A stretch of DNA of 64,000 nt from NCBI GenBank assembly GCA_963664435.2, contig CAXXKM010000001.1, forward strand, positions 1,184,001-1,248,000, read 5' to 3'. This DNA is from Longimicrobiales bacterium. GTDB taxonomy: Bacteria; Gemmatimonadota; Gemmatimonadetes; Longimicrobiales; Gaopeijiaceae. Numbering within the stretch: position 1 is the stretch's first letter; each line of letters starts with the position of its first letter. The notes under the pieces were generated by a model. The model was given only the letters and a program-made list of their open reading frames with translations, was not told where the DNA came from and did no database searches. Both the position numbers and the translations under genes were made by a program. Positions 30,091 through 40,228 of the stretch are shown here, one piece after another.

Positions 30091-30127
30091 ACCGAAACGA
30101 ACAGCAGGAGTCGTAGCGGCTCCGGAG

Positions 30128-30163
30128 GGGGGGGGGAGGGTGCTTCGGCACCCTCCCCCCCCC
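30128..30163 (+). terminator. Perfect 16-bp hairpin with C(UUCG)G tetraloop downstream of SusD2
   Basis: G9-AGGGTGC TTCG GCACCCT-C9; weak U-tract (GATTGGTTT). Confidence 0.65.
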
Positions 30164-30423
30164 GATTGGTTTAATGAGATCCGGCGCCGCCGCGAAATGG
30201 CCCGTTCTCCGCCGCATCACGCGGGTGCGCCGCGGCTCCGGTCTCGGCCCCGGGTCAGCCTCCATCTCGATGTCCTGGAAACGAACCGCCGGTTCTCAGG
30301 GTATCCCATGAACCTCGGGGTTGTCCCTGTTACTGCCCCCGGGTCGATGGATCAGCCGCAGTTGATGTCGGCCTCGCCGGGGCGATCCCCGCATCCGGCG
30401 ATGCTTCGTGAAGGAGAATCTCG

Positions 30424-31149
30424 ATGAACCGACGGTCGATTCCGCTTTCTTCGGCAGCGGTCGCCCTGCTGGCGGCTGCGCCGGTGCTGGGCCAGGCCGG
30501 CGGCTCCATCGTGGGCGAGGTGGTGGACAACGTCACCCTGGAGCCCATCGAGGGCGCCACCATAACGGTGGTGAGCCACGAACTCTCCGGCGGCACCAAC
30601 GAGGACGGTCATTTCTCCCTGCGCGACGTGCCGCCCGGCAACATCTCCGTGAGAGTCGAGCAACTGGGATACATCGCCATTGTGGGCGAGGTGGAGGTTC
30701 GAGCGAACGACGTGACCTTCGTGCAATTTCCGCTTTCTCCCATGGCCTTCCTGCTGGACGAGCTGCGCGTCGTCGCGGACAGGCACGAAGAGCCGGTGGA
30801 GGACGGCGGAATCTACACCGAGATCATACCCGACGACTCAGACTCGGCCCGCAATGCCCTGGAACTTCTGACCGCGCGGGTGCCTTCGCTGACGGTACGC
30901 ACGGATGCCATGGGCGGCGCCACGCGGAGCGAGATACGCATTCGAGGAAACGCCTCGGTCTCGCAGAGCAACATGCCTTCGATCTACATCGACGGGGCGA
31001 GAGCGGATATCGTCTACCTGGAGGACCTTTCCGCGACCGAAGTGCGCAGGATCCGCGTGCTGCGCGGCCCCTCTGCCGCCTCGCTCTACCCGGACGCGGC
31101 CAACGGTGTCATCGTGGTCGAGACCTGGCGGTCTCGCGGTGGAACCTGA
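30424..31149 (+). CDS. Secreted protein with carboxypeptidase-regulatory-like domain and TonB plug domain, no barrel
   Basis: RBS AAGGAG; signal peptide; IRIRGNAS, IYIDG, EVRRIRVLRGPSAASLYPDAANGVIVVET, then stop. Confidence 0.75.
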   Translation: MNRRSIPLSSAAVALLAAAPVLGQAGGSIVGEVVDNVTLEPIEGATITVVSHELSGGTNEDGHFSLRDVPPGNISVRVEQLGYIAIVGEVEVRANDVTFVQFPLSPMAFLLDELRVVADRHEEPVEDGGIYTEIIPDDSDSARNALELLTARVPSLTVRTDAMGGATRSEIRIRGNASVSQSNMPSIYIDGARADIVYLEDLSATEVRRIRVLRGPSAASLYPDAANGVIVVETWRSRGGT

Positions 31150-31273
31150 GGCCGGATTCCCCCTCTTCCATCCCCAGCCATGCATCGCCGAGTGTCGCTA
31201 CCGTACCCACGGCCAGAGGGCTTGGGTACCTCTCCCTCGAAGCCGGTTGGCTTGGCAACCAAAGGAGCAAACC

Positions 31274-31516
31274 GTGACGGAGAACCGGAGCCCGTCCGCG
31301 GAGGAAATCCGCCAGATCGTCCGCGAGGAAGTTGGCAAACAAGTCATTCCCGAGGCCGAAATCCGCTGCATCATTCGTGAAGAAACCGGGCCCCGGTTCG
31401 ATTCCCTGGAGGGGAGGGTGGATGCGGTTCACCGCGATTTGTTGAGTCTGCGCTACGAGCTGCGCGGAGTGATCGACCCGGACTTCCCCCCGGTGAGGGC
31501 CAAGGTTCAAGGGTAG
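31274..31516 (+). CDS. Small hypothetical helical protein (80 aa)
   Basis: RBS AAGGAG plus GTG 31274; internal repeat EEIRQIVREE / AEIRCIIREE. Confidence 0.55.
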   Translation: MTENRSPSAEEIRQIVREEVGKQVIPEAEIRCIIREETGPRFDSLEGRVDAVHRDLLSLRYELRGVIDPDFPPVRAKVQG

Positions 31517-31598
31517 CAAGAGCAGCACGACCGCCATCGCCGGGAACGGCAAATGATCACGGGTGTGCATGAGCGAATGGCGCCTGTGTCGCTCCTTG

Positions 31599-34020
31599 TC
31601 ACCCGTCGGAAATCAGCGGTGACAGGTTGCTCGCCAGCAGGCGCCGGTTGAACTCGGCGACTTCCCCTTCGAACAATTCATCGACCTGTGCCCGATACTC
31701 CGCGACCTCTCCGTTCAGCAGCCGCTGGACCTCGCCCGCCTGGTCCGTCGGAGGAAAGTCCCCGTTCATGATGGCGCCGGCCAGGTAGCGCAGCTCCTCG
31801 GCCAGCTTCGGCGCCCAGCGCACGCCGTCCTGCCCCGTGCCCGTGGTGACGCGCAATTCCTGCGACTGGCTCTGCTCGCCATCCACCTCGAGCGTGACGG
31901 TGTAGGTGCCCGGCGGCATGAGCATCGAGAGCCCCTGCCCGCCGGAGCGCGTGCGGTCGTCGCCGAGGTCCACCCAGTCGGCGTAGAGCGGCTTGGTGCG
32001 GAACACGATCCCGGGTGACGGTTCGTCACGGAGGTCCCACCACACACGGTTGATCCCGGCCTGTCCTGAACCCTCGAGCGAACGCACCGGGTTCCCGGCC
32101 GCATCCGCGATGTGGATCGTGGCTCCACCCGCGCTGCCATCCCTCAGCCAGTAGTTGATCGACGCGCCGTAGGGCGGGTTGCCCCGTCGGACTGGTCGTT
32201 CGGCGTCGAGCGCGCGGAGGTGATGGCCCGGAAGCGGTAGGCGTCGCGCGGCGCGAACAGATGCGCCTCCGACACCGCGACCTCAGCGCTCAACTGCTGC
32301 AGCGGCGTGATGTCGTCCAGGATCCAGAAGCCGCGCCCGTAGGTCCCCACCACCAGGTCGTTGAAGTGCTTCTGCACCTCGATCCGGTACATCGGCGACA
32401 CCGGCATGTTGTTCATCAGCGGCTGCCAGTTGTCCCCGTCGTCGAACGACACGTAGAGGATGTTCTCGGTGCCGAGATACAGGAGCCCGGGCCGCACCGG
32501 GTCCTCGTGGATGTCGCGCGTGTAACTGAGCGGACTGTCGGCGATGCCCTCGACGATCTTCGTGAAGCTCTCGCCGTAGTCGTCGGTGCGGTACACGTGG
32601 GGCTCGAAGTTGCCCTGCTGGTGATGCTCGATCGCGAAGTAGGCCTTGCCGGCCTCGTGCGCCGAAGCGTGGATGCCGCGCACCACGCCGTCGGGCGGCA
32701 GGTCGGGAATGTTGTCGGTCACGTTGTTCCATGTCCCGCCCCCGTCCCGCGTGACGTGGACGAGCCCGTCGTTTGACCCGGCCCACATCAGGTTCGCGTC
32801 GAGGGGAGGCTCGGCGAAGGCGTAGATCACGCCGCAGAACTCGACCCCGATGTTGTCCGGGGTGAGCCCGCCTGAGATCCCCATGCGGGACTCGTCGTTG
32901 GTAGTCAGGTCGGGGCTGATGATCTCCCAGCTCTGGCCGCCGTTCATGGTCCGGTGCACGTGCTGGCCGGTAACGAAGACGGTGTTGCGGTCGTGCGAGC
33001 CACCCCTTGCGCCCGAGCCCGACGCGCTCGACCACACGATGTTCGGGTCCTCCGGATCGGGGGTCGCGAACCCACTCTCGCCTCCGCCCACCGTCACCCA
33101 CTCGGACCGCGAAATGGGCCCGCCGATGCCTCCGAAGCCCCCCGTGCGGCTGTTGTTGGGACCGCGAAAGGAGGGTCCGTCCTGCCGGTTGTCGTGGAAG
33201 TCGCCGCCGGGCCGCTGCAGGCCCTGGTGGTTGACGTAGGTCGCGCCCCCGTCCAGCGACCGAGACAGCCCCGAGGTCTGGAAATACACTTCATCGGGGT
33301 CGTCGGGGCTGACGAAGCAGTTGTTGTAATAGGCCGTGCGGCCACCCAGGTCGCGGGAGTGGTTCATCAGCTCCCACGTCGACCCTGCGTCGAGCGAACG
33401 CCAGAACTCCCCGCTCTCGGTCTCGCGCCCGTGCCAGGGCACCCCGTCTCCGGTTTCGATCAGCGCGTAGACCCGGTTGGGATCGGCCGGGGTCAGACAC
33501 ATGTCGGTCTTCCCCACCGGCAGCAGCGGCAGCCCGTTGCCCTCGAGCTTCCTCCATGTGTCGCCGCCGTCCTCCGAGAGATAGACGCCGCTGCCCTCTC
33601 CCCCGCTTTCCCGTCCCCAGGTGTGCACCTCCACGGTCCACATCCCCGCGAAGAGCCGGCGCGGGTTGGAGGGCTCCATCTCGATGCTCGACGCGCCCGT
33701 GTTCTCGTCCGCGAAGAGCACGTGCTCCCAGCTCTCGCCGCCGTCCATCGTGCTGAAGACGCCGCGCGCCTGCTGCGGGCCGTGTGCGTGGCCCAGCGCC
33801 CCCACATATACGATGTCCGGATCGTGGGGATGGTCCACGATGCGCGACGTGCGCGTCGGCCCTCCCTCGCCGAGCCCCATGTGGCGCCACGTCCTGCCCG
33901 CGTCGGTGGACTTGTAGACGCCGGTGCCGAGCGAGACGTTGGAGCGAATGTGGGGCTCACCCGTCCCGGCCCACACGATCGACGGGTCCGACGGCGCCAC
34001 CGCGAGCGCTCCCACCGAGT
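31599..34020 (-). pseudogene. Decayed BNR/VPS10 (sortilin-like, often annotated glycosyl hydrolase) beta-propeller gene
   Basis: Many Asp-box SxDGGxTW repeats; no signal peptide or N-terminus; frameshift near 32181 joins ORFs 32144-34015 and 31599-32087 (restores [12 protein letters not shown]); abrupt junctions suggest internal deletions. Confidence 0.8.
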
Positions 34021-34350
34021 GACCCTCGCCAAGGACCTGGTCGGGGGTATCGATGGCACCATAGGTCCGTCGTCAATCGCCTCGCAAGCGAGCCTGAGCA
34101 GGGGCCGGCACGCCTCTCGAATCTGCTTGCCGGAAACCCTGCTTCGCATTATTCTCACCGACTAGTTGAAATGCCCCCGGGATCCTCGAAAAAGCGAGCC
34201 CAAGGTCAACGTTTTCGGGGGGTCGGGGGTCATGAAGGGCGCGGGAGGGGGCTGTTGCGTATGGACGCCACAGCCGAGGTTCCTCCGCGAAGGCGGCGGT
34301 TTTCAGGCGATCACAGATTGGTTCGCAAGACAAGGACGGGAGCACCGCAT

Positions 34351-36792
34351 ATGAAGATCCTCAACCCTGGCGCGGTACTGGTTGGTGGCCTCCTGCTGAC
34401 GGGAGCCGGAATCGGCACGAGTTCAGGTCCCACGGCACCCGACGGGGAAGCCGTTCGGCCGTCGGACGCGATGCACGCCGCCTCCATGCCCACGGAGGAG
34501 CTGACCACCGTCGTGCGCACCTACTGTCAGGTGTGCCACAACGACGCGCTGCTGACCGGCAACGTCTCGTTCGCCGAGTTCACCGTCGAGGGCGCTGCCG
34601 ACAATGCCGCGCTCGCGGAACGCATGATCCGCAAGCTGCGCGCGGGCATGATGCCGCCGCCGGGCATGCCCCGTCCGGAAGCCGAAGTGCTGCTCTCACT
34701 GGTCGAGACGCTCGAGAAGAACGTCGACGACGCCTACCGGCGCCATCCCAACCCCGGGGTGCGGACTTTCCAGAGACTCAACCGGGCCGAGTACTCGGCG
34801 GCCATCCGCGAACTGCTGGGCATCGAGGTCGACGCCGGCGTCTGGCTTCCTCTCGACCAGATGAGCGAAAACTTCGACAACATCGCCGATGTCCAGGCGC
34901 TCACCCCGACCCACCTCGACGCCTACCTGAACGCCGCCAGCGAAGTGAGCCGCCTGGCGGTCGGAAGCCCGAACGTCGACCCGACCGACGCCACCTACAA
35001 CACCTCGCCCTACGGCTCGCAGCACGCCTGGGAGTACGTGGAAGGCGCGCCCTACGGCACCCGCGGCGGAATCGTGGTGACCCACGACTTCCCGGCCGAC
35101 GGCGAGTACATCCTCACCCCCGTGATCGAGGGTGGCCGGAGCGCCCGCTTCGAGGACGTGGACATTTCCATCGACGGAGAGCCCATCGCGCTGCTGGCGG
35201 CCGGGCCCTTCCCCCGCGGCGGCGCGGACTTCCGCGGCGGTTCGCCCATCAAGACCAACCCGACCTTCATCCGCGCCGGACAGCGTCCGGTGTCCGCCGC
35301 CTTCGTCCGCCGCATCGACGGTCCCTACGACGACCTCATCAAGCCGCCCGAGTGGTCGCTAGCCGGCGGAGCCGGGGGGAGCCCCGGGCAGACGACGCTG
35401 CCGCACCTGAAGAGCCTGATCATCAGCGGCCCCTACAACGTCACCAGCGTTTCCGAGACCGAGGCCCGCCGCCGCATCTTCTCCTGCCGGCCCACCACCC
35501 CCGAGGAAGAGCGCCCCTGCGCCGAGCAGATCATCGACCAGGTCGGAAGCGCCGCCTACCGGCGTCCCCTGGACGAGCGCGACATGGCCGGGTTGATGGC
35601 GTTCTACGACGATGGCGCCGGCGACTCGGGCTTCGAGACCGGGGTGCGGCGGGCGCTCCAGGCCATCCTGGCGAGCCCCCATTTCATCTTCCGCATCGAG
35701 AAGCAGCCGGAGGACATCAAGGCGGGCGAGCGCTACGAAATCAGCGACCTGGCTCTGGCCACGCGCATGGCCGCGTTCCTCTGGGGCACCCAGCCGGACG
35801 CCGAACTGATCGACCTGGCCGAGCGCGGAAGGCTCTCCAGAGACAGCGAACTGGAGAAGCAGACCCGACGCATGCTCGCCGACCCCAAGGCCGAGGCGCT
35901 TGGACCGCGCTTTGCGGCCCAGTGGTTCCGCCTGCAGGACCTCGACAAGGTGCACCCGGACTCCTACTGGTTCCCGAACTACAGCCAGCAGCTGGCCGAC
36001 GCCATGCGCACCGAGACCGAGATGTTCTTCAACAGCCTCGTGCGCGACGACCGCAGCATTCTGGACCTGTTCACCGCCGACTACACCTACATGAACGAGC
36101 GGTTGGCCAGACACTACGGCATGCCGGGCGTGCTGGGCGACGAATTCCGTCGCGTGCAGTACCCCGACAGCCGCCGCGGCGGCGTCCTGGGACAGGGATC
36201 GATCCTGGTGCTGACCTCGATGGGTACCCGCACCTCTCCCGTTCTGCGCGGGAAGTGGGTGATGGAAGTGTTGCTGGGCACACCCCCGCCTCCCCCTCCG
36301 CCGGACGTTCCGGCGCTCGAGGAGACCGAGGGAGCCACGGACGGACGCTTCCTGACCACGCGGCAGCGCATGGAGATCCATCGGGCCAACCCGACCTGCC
36401 ATGCCTGCCACCAGTTCATGGACCCGATGGGGCTCGCGCTCGACAACTTCGACGTCACCGGCAAGTGGCGTATCCGCGAGAACAACATGGCGCTCGACAC
36501 CCGCGGCAACCTCTATGACGGCACGCCGCTGGCCACTCCGGAAGATCTGCGGAATGCGCTCATGCAGCGGCCGATCCCGCTGGTTCGCACCTTCACCACG
36601 AACCTACTGGCGTATGCGCTGGGACGGCGCGTAGAATACCACGATCAGCCCACTGTGCGCGCGATCTCGCGCGAGGGCGAAGAGGATGACTACCGCATCT
36701 CGTCCTTCATCATCGGCGTCGTCAAGAGCGACCCGTTCCGGATGAGGATGGCGGACGTGGTGGCCGAAGAAGAGATGGAGACCGGAGGATAA
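34351..36792 (+). CDS. Cassette 3 gene A: di-haem PSD/DUF1592 protein
   Basis: GGAG RBS; signal peptide; CQVCH, RLNRAEY, TSPVLRGKWV, CHACH. Confidence 0.9.
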   Translation: MKILNPGAVLVGGLLLTGAGIGTSSGPTAPDGEAVRPSDAMHAASMPTEELTTVVRTYCQVCHNDALLTGNVSFAEFTVEGAADNAALAERMIRKLRAGMMPPPGMPRPEAEVLLSLVETLEKNVDDAYRRHPNPGVRTFQRLNRAEYSAAIRELLGIEVDAGVWLPLDQMSENFDNIADVQALTPTHLDAYLNAASEVSRLAVGSPNVDPTDATYNTSPYGSQHAWEYVEGAPYGTRGGIVVTHDFPADGEYILTPVIEGGRSARFEDVDISIDGEPIALLAAGPFPRGGADFRGGSPIKTNPTFIRAGQRPVSAAFVRRIDGPYDDLIKPPEWSLAGGAGGSPGQTTLPHLKSLIISGPYNVTSVSETEARRRIFSCRPTTPEEERPCAEQIIDQVGSAAYRRPLDERDMAGLMAFYDDGAGDSGFETGVRRALQAILASPHFIFRIEKQPEDIKAGERYEISDLALATRMAAFLWGTQPDAELIDLAERGRLSRDSELEKQTRRMLADPKAEALGPRFAAQWFRLQDLDKVHPDSYWFPNYSQQLADAMRTETEMFFNSLVRDDRSILDLFTADYTYMNERLARHYGMPGVLGDEFRRVQYPDSRRGGVLGQGSILVLTSMGTRTSPVLRGKWVMEVLLGTPPPPPPPDVPALEETEGATDGRFLTTRQRMEIHRANPTCHACHQFMDPMGLALDNFDVTGKWRIRENNMALDTRGNLYDGTPLATPEDLRNALMQRPIPLVRTFTTNLLAYALGRRVEYHDQPTVRAISREGEEDDYRISSFIIGVVKSDPFRMRMADVVAEEEMETGG

Positions 36793-36866
36793 CGGAACGC
36801 GCTTCCACCGAACGGAACAGCGCATGACCGACATCGGGTTGTACACCCTGCTTCAGGAGATCTGAA

Positions 36867-38297
36867 ATGCAATTCATCACCGGCAAGCACATCGCCCGTC
36901 GCACCTTCCTGCGGGGGATGGGCGCAACAGTAGCGCTTCCGCTGCTCGATTCGATGCTGCCCGCGGCGAGCCCGTGGGTTAGCCGGAAGCTGGCGGAAGG
37001 AAAGACGCGCCTCCTCGCGATCGAGGTGGTGCACGGAGCTGCCGGAAGCGTCGACTGGGGCGCCCAGCAGTACCTGTGGTCGCCGGAGAAGATCGGACGC
37101 GACTTCGAGTTCGTGGCCCAGAGCGCGCTGACGCCGCTGGAGGACTGGCGCAGGTATCTCACGATCGTGAGCAACACCGACGTGCGCATGGCCGAAGCCT
37201 TTACCGGGCCCGAGATCGGCGGTGACCACTTCCGCTCCAGCGCCACCTTCCTGACCCAGCAGCATCCGAAGCAGACCCAGAGTTCCGACCTCTACGTCGG
37301 CACCTCGCTCGACCAGACGTTTGCGCGCCGTTTCGGGCAGGATACTCCCCTGCCGTCCATGCAGCTGTGCATCGAGGATCTCGATCAGGCCGGAGGCTGC
37401 ACGTACAACTATTCGTGCGCCTACACCGACTCGATCAGCTGGGCCGCGCCCAACGAGCCGCTGCCGATGATCCGGGACCCGCGCACCGCCTTCGACCTCC
37501 TCTTCGGCGCCGGCGGCACCCCGGAGGAACGCCAGGCGCGCCGCCGCGAGAACGCGAGCATCCTCGACTGGATCGTCGGCGAAGTCGCGCACCTGAGGGG
37601 CGAGCTGGGTGCCACTGACCGCCGTCGCATGGACCAGTATCTGGACAACGTGCGCGAGATCGAGCGCCGGATTCAGATGGTCGAGGCGCAGAATACGAGC
37701 GGAGAGCAGCGCGAGTTGCCGGAGGCGCCGGCGGGCGTGCCGGATTCCTTCACCGAGCACATGCAGATGATGTTCGACCTGCAGGTGCTGGCGCTGCAGT
37801 CCGACATGACGCGCGTCTTCTCCTTCAAGACCGGTCGCGACGCGTCCAACCGGATCTATCCGGAGAGCGGCACCGACAAGCCGTTCCACCCGACCTCGCA
37901 CCACGGCAACAACGAGGAGACCATCCTCGACTTCAACACCATCAACCGGTTCTACGTGGGCCTGCTGCCGTACCTGCTGGAGAAGCTGCACAACAGCCAG
38001 GACGGCGAATCGAGCCTGCTCGACCAGACCATGATCATCTACGGGTCGCCCATGGGAGATCCGAACATCCACAATCACCGCCGGTGCCCGCTGCTGCTGC
38101 TGGGTGGGGCCAATGGCCAGCTCGCAGGCAACATGCACCTGAAGGCGCCGGACGGAACCCCGATGGCCAACGTCTTCCTGAACGTCATGCACAGGCTCGG
38201 TTTCGAAGATATGTCGAGCTTCGGCGACAGCACGGGCGAGTTCAACGTGCCCAGTTCAGTGTTGACCGCGGTTGAGGAAGCAAGTCAGTCACGCTAA
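36867..38297 (+). CDS. Cassette 3 gene B: Tat-exported DUF1552 protein
   Basis: RRTFLRG; CTYNYSCAY; HPTSHH; GSPMGDPNIHNHRRCP. Confidence 0.9.
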   Translation: MQFITGKHIARRTFLRGMGATVALPLLDSMLPAASPWVSRKLAEGKTRLLAIEVVHGAAGSVDWGAQQYLWSPEKIGRDFEFVAQSALTPLEDWRRYLTIVSNTDVRMAEAFTGPEIGGDHFRSSATFLTQQHPKQTQSSDLYVGTSLDQTFARRFGQDTPLPSMQLCIEDLDQAGGCTYNYSCAYTDSISWAAPNEPLPMIRDPRTAFDLLFGAGGTPEERQARRRENASILDWIVGEVAHLRGELGATDRRRMDQYLDNVREIERRIQMVEAQNTSGEQRELPEAPAGVPDSFTEHMQMMFDLQVLALQSDMTRVFSFKTGRDASNRIYPESGTDKPFHPTSHHGNNEETILDFNTINRFYVGLLPYLLEKLHNSQDGESSLLDQTMIIYGSPMGDPNIHNHRRCPLLLLGGANGQLAGNMHLKAPDGTPMANVFLNVMHRLGFEDMSSFGDSTGEFNVPSSVLTAVEEASQSR

Positions 38298-38313
38298 ACC
38301 GGGGACGGTCAGC

Positions 38314-40107
38314 ATGAAGAAGAGAGTGCATGTAAACGCGCTGGCGGCGCTGGTCGTCAGCATGCTGTTCACGTCGGCGGCCGCGCCCGATTCGCCCTTG
38401 GCGGACGCCGCCATGAGCGGTGATGCGACCGCGGTGCGGACACTGCTGGCGAGCGGCGCGGACGTGAACGCGGCGCGCGGGGACGGCATGACCGCCCTGC
38501 ACTGGGCAGCCGAGACCGGCAACGCCGAGATCGCCGAGATCCTGGTGAATGCGGGAGCGATCCTCGAGGTCACCACCCGCCTGGGTGCCTACACGCCGCT
38601 GCATGTAGCCGGCAGGAAGGGAGCCGCCGGGGTCATCCGCGTGCTGTTGGACGCCGGTGCGAACCCGAAGGGAGCGGCAGCCACGGGCTCCACGCCCCTG
38701 CACCTGGTTGCGGGGGCGGGAAGCGCCGCGGGGGCTAAGCATCTGCTGGACGCCGGCGCCGAGATCGACGCGCGGGCCGGCGACGCCCAACAGACGCCCC
38801 TGATGTTCGCGGCGGCCGCAGACCGCGCGGATGTCGTGACGCTTCTCCTGGAGAACGGAGCGGAACCGGACATCACGACCACGCTGATGGAAGCGGCTAC
38901 CCGGTCGGCGGTGGACAACTATGCGGGCGAGCGCATGCAGGAAGTTCTCGACGCCTTCAAGGGAGACGGCAACGAGTTGCCGACGCCCGCCCAGATCCAG
39001 GCCGCTCTGGAGGTCGCCCGGGCCGTGCAGCGGGCGGGCGTGGTGCCCGAGGAGGAAGAAGAGGAGGATGAGGACGACCCCAGGGCCTTCTTCCGCCAGC
39101 CTCCCGACGATAAGTGGGGGAGCCTGACCGCGCTTCACCATGCAGCCCGCGAGGGTGCCATCGACGCGGCGATGGCGTTGCTGGACGGTGGCGCCGACAT
39201 CAACTACGTCACCGAGTCCGACAACACCAGCCCGCTCACGATGGCGGTCATCAACGGCCGCTTCGACCTGGCGATGAGGCTGCTGGAACGCGGCGCCGAT
39301 CCCAACCTGGCAACGGTCGACGGCGTGGCGCCGCTCTACGCCACCTTCAACGTCCAGTGGTCGCCGCGGTCACGGTATCCGCAGCCGCGCGCCCACGAGC
39401 AGCAGGCAACGGAATATCTCGACCTGGCAATGGCGCTGCTCGACGCCGGTGCGGAAGTGAACTACCAGGTCACCGAGAACTTCTGGTACTTCACCTACAG
39501 CGGGTGCGGCAACGGCAACTGCGGCCTGGAGAACCAGGCGGGCGTGACGCCCTTCTGGCGGGCCTCGCGCGCACTCGACCTCGACGGCATGAAGCTGCTG
39601 CGCTCCTGGGGTGCGGACTGGAACATGGCCACCTTCAAGCAGCCCGAGCGCCGCAGGGGACGGAACCCGCGCACCGGCGACACCGAGGACGAGGACCAGG
39701 TCGATCCGTCAGGGCTGCCGCCGGTTGAGGTGGGGGGTCCCGCGGTGTTCCCGATCCACGCCGCCTCGGGCGTCGGCTACGGCGAAGGCTTCGCCGGCAA
39801 CGCACACACCCACATTCCGGGCAACTGGATCGCGGCGGTCGAATACCTGCTCGAGCTCGGCGCCGACGTCAACCAGCGTGACGCCAACGGCTACACCCCG
39901 CTTCATCACGCGGCCGCGCGCGGCGACGCCGAGATGATCCAATGGCTGGTGGACCACGGCGCCGACGTAATGGTGGTGAGCCGCAAGGGACAGACCACGG
40001 TCGACATGGCCAACGGTCCGGTCTCGCGCGTGACGCCGTATCCGGAGGCGATCGCCCTGCTGGAGAGCATGGGCGCGATCAACAACCACAACTGCGTCTC
40101 CTGCTAG
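38314..40107 (+). CDS. Cassette 3 gene C: secreted ankyrin-repeat protein
   Basis: Signal peptide, ankyrin repeats, EEEEEEDEDD tract, extra CGNGNC loop, ends NNHNCVSC*. Confidence 0.9.
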   Translation: MKKRVHVNALAALVVSMLFTSAAAPDSPLADAAMSGDATAVRTLLASGADVNAARGDGMTALHWAAETGNAEIAEILVNAGAILEVTTRLGAYTPLHVAGRKGAAGVIRVLLDAGANPKGAAATGSTPLHLVAGAGSAAGAKHLLDAGAEIDARAGDAQQTPLMFAAAADRADVVTLLLENGAEPDITTTLMEAATRSAVDNYAGERMQEVLDAFKGDGNELPTPAQIQAALEVARAVQRAGVVPEEEEEEDEDDPRAFFRQPPDDKWGSLTALHHAAREGAIDAAMALLDGGADINYVTESDNTSPLTMAVINGRFDLAMRLLERGADPNLATVDGVAPLYATFNVQWSPRSRYPQPRAHEQQATEYLDLAMALLDAGAEVNYQVTENFWYFTYSGCGNGNCGLENQAGVTPFWRASRALDLDGMKLLRSWGADWNMATFKQPERRRGRNPRTGDTEDEDQVDPSGLPPVEVGGPAVFPIHAASGVGYGEGFAGNAHTHIPGNWIAAVEYLLELGADVNQRDANGYTPLHHAAARGDAEMIQWLVDHGADVMVVSRKGQTTVDMANGPVSRVTPYPEAIALLESMGAINNHNCVSC

Positions 40108-40161
40108 GAGAAGCGTAGAAGCCACTTTCGCACCTCCCTGAAAGGGGGGCGCTGGAACGGC

Positions 40162-40199
40162 AAAACGCCCGCCACGGTTCTCGTGGCGGGCGTTTTTTT
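40162..40199. terminator. Intrinsic terminator, probably bidirectional
   Basis: AAAA-CGCCCGCCACG gttct CGTGGCGGGCG-TTTTTTT between convergent genes. Confidence 0.85.
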
Positions 40200-40228
40200 G
40201 GGGGCGTGCCTGGTGTGCCCCGTCAGCG

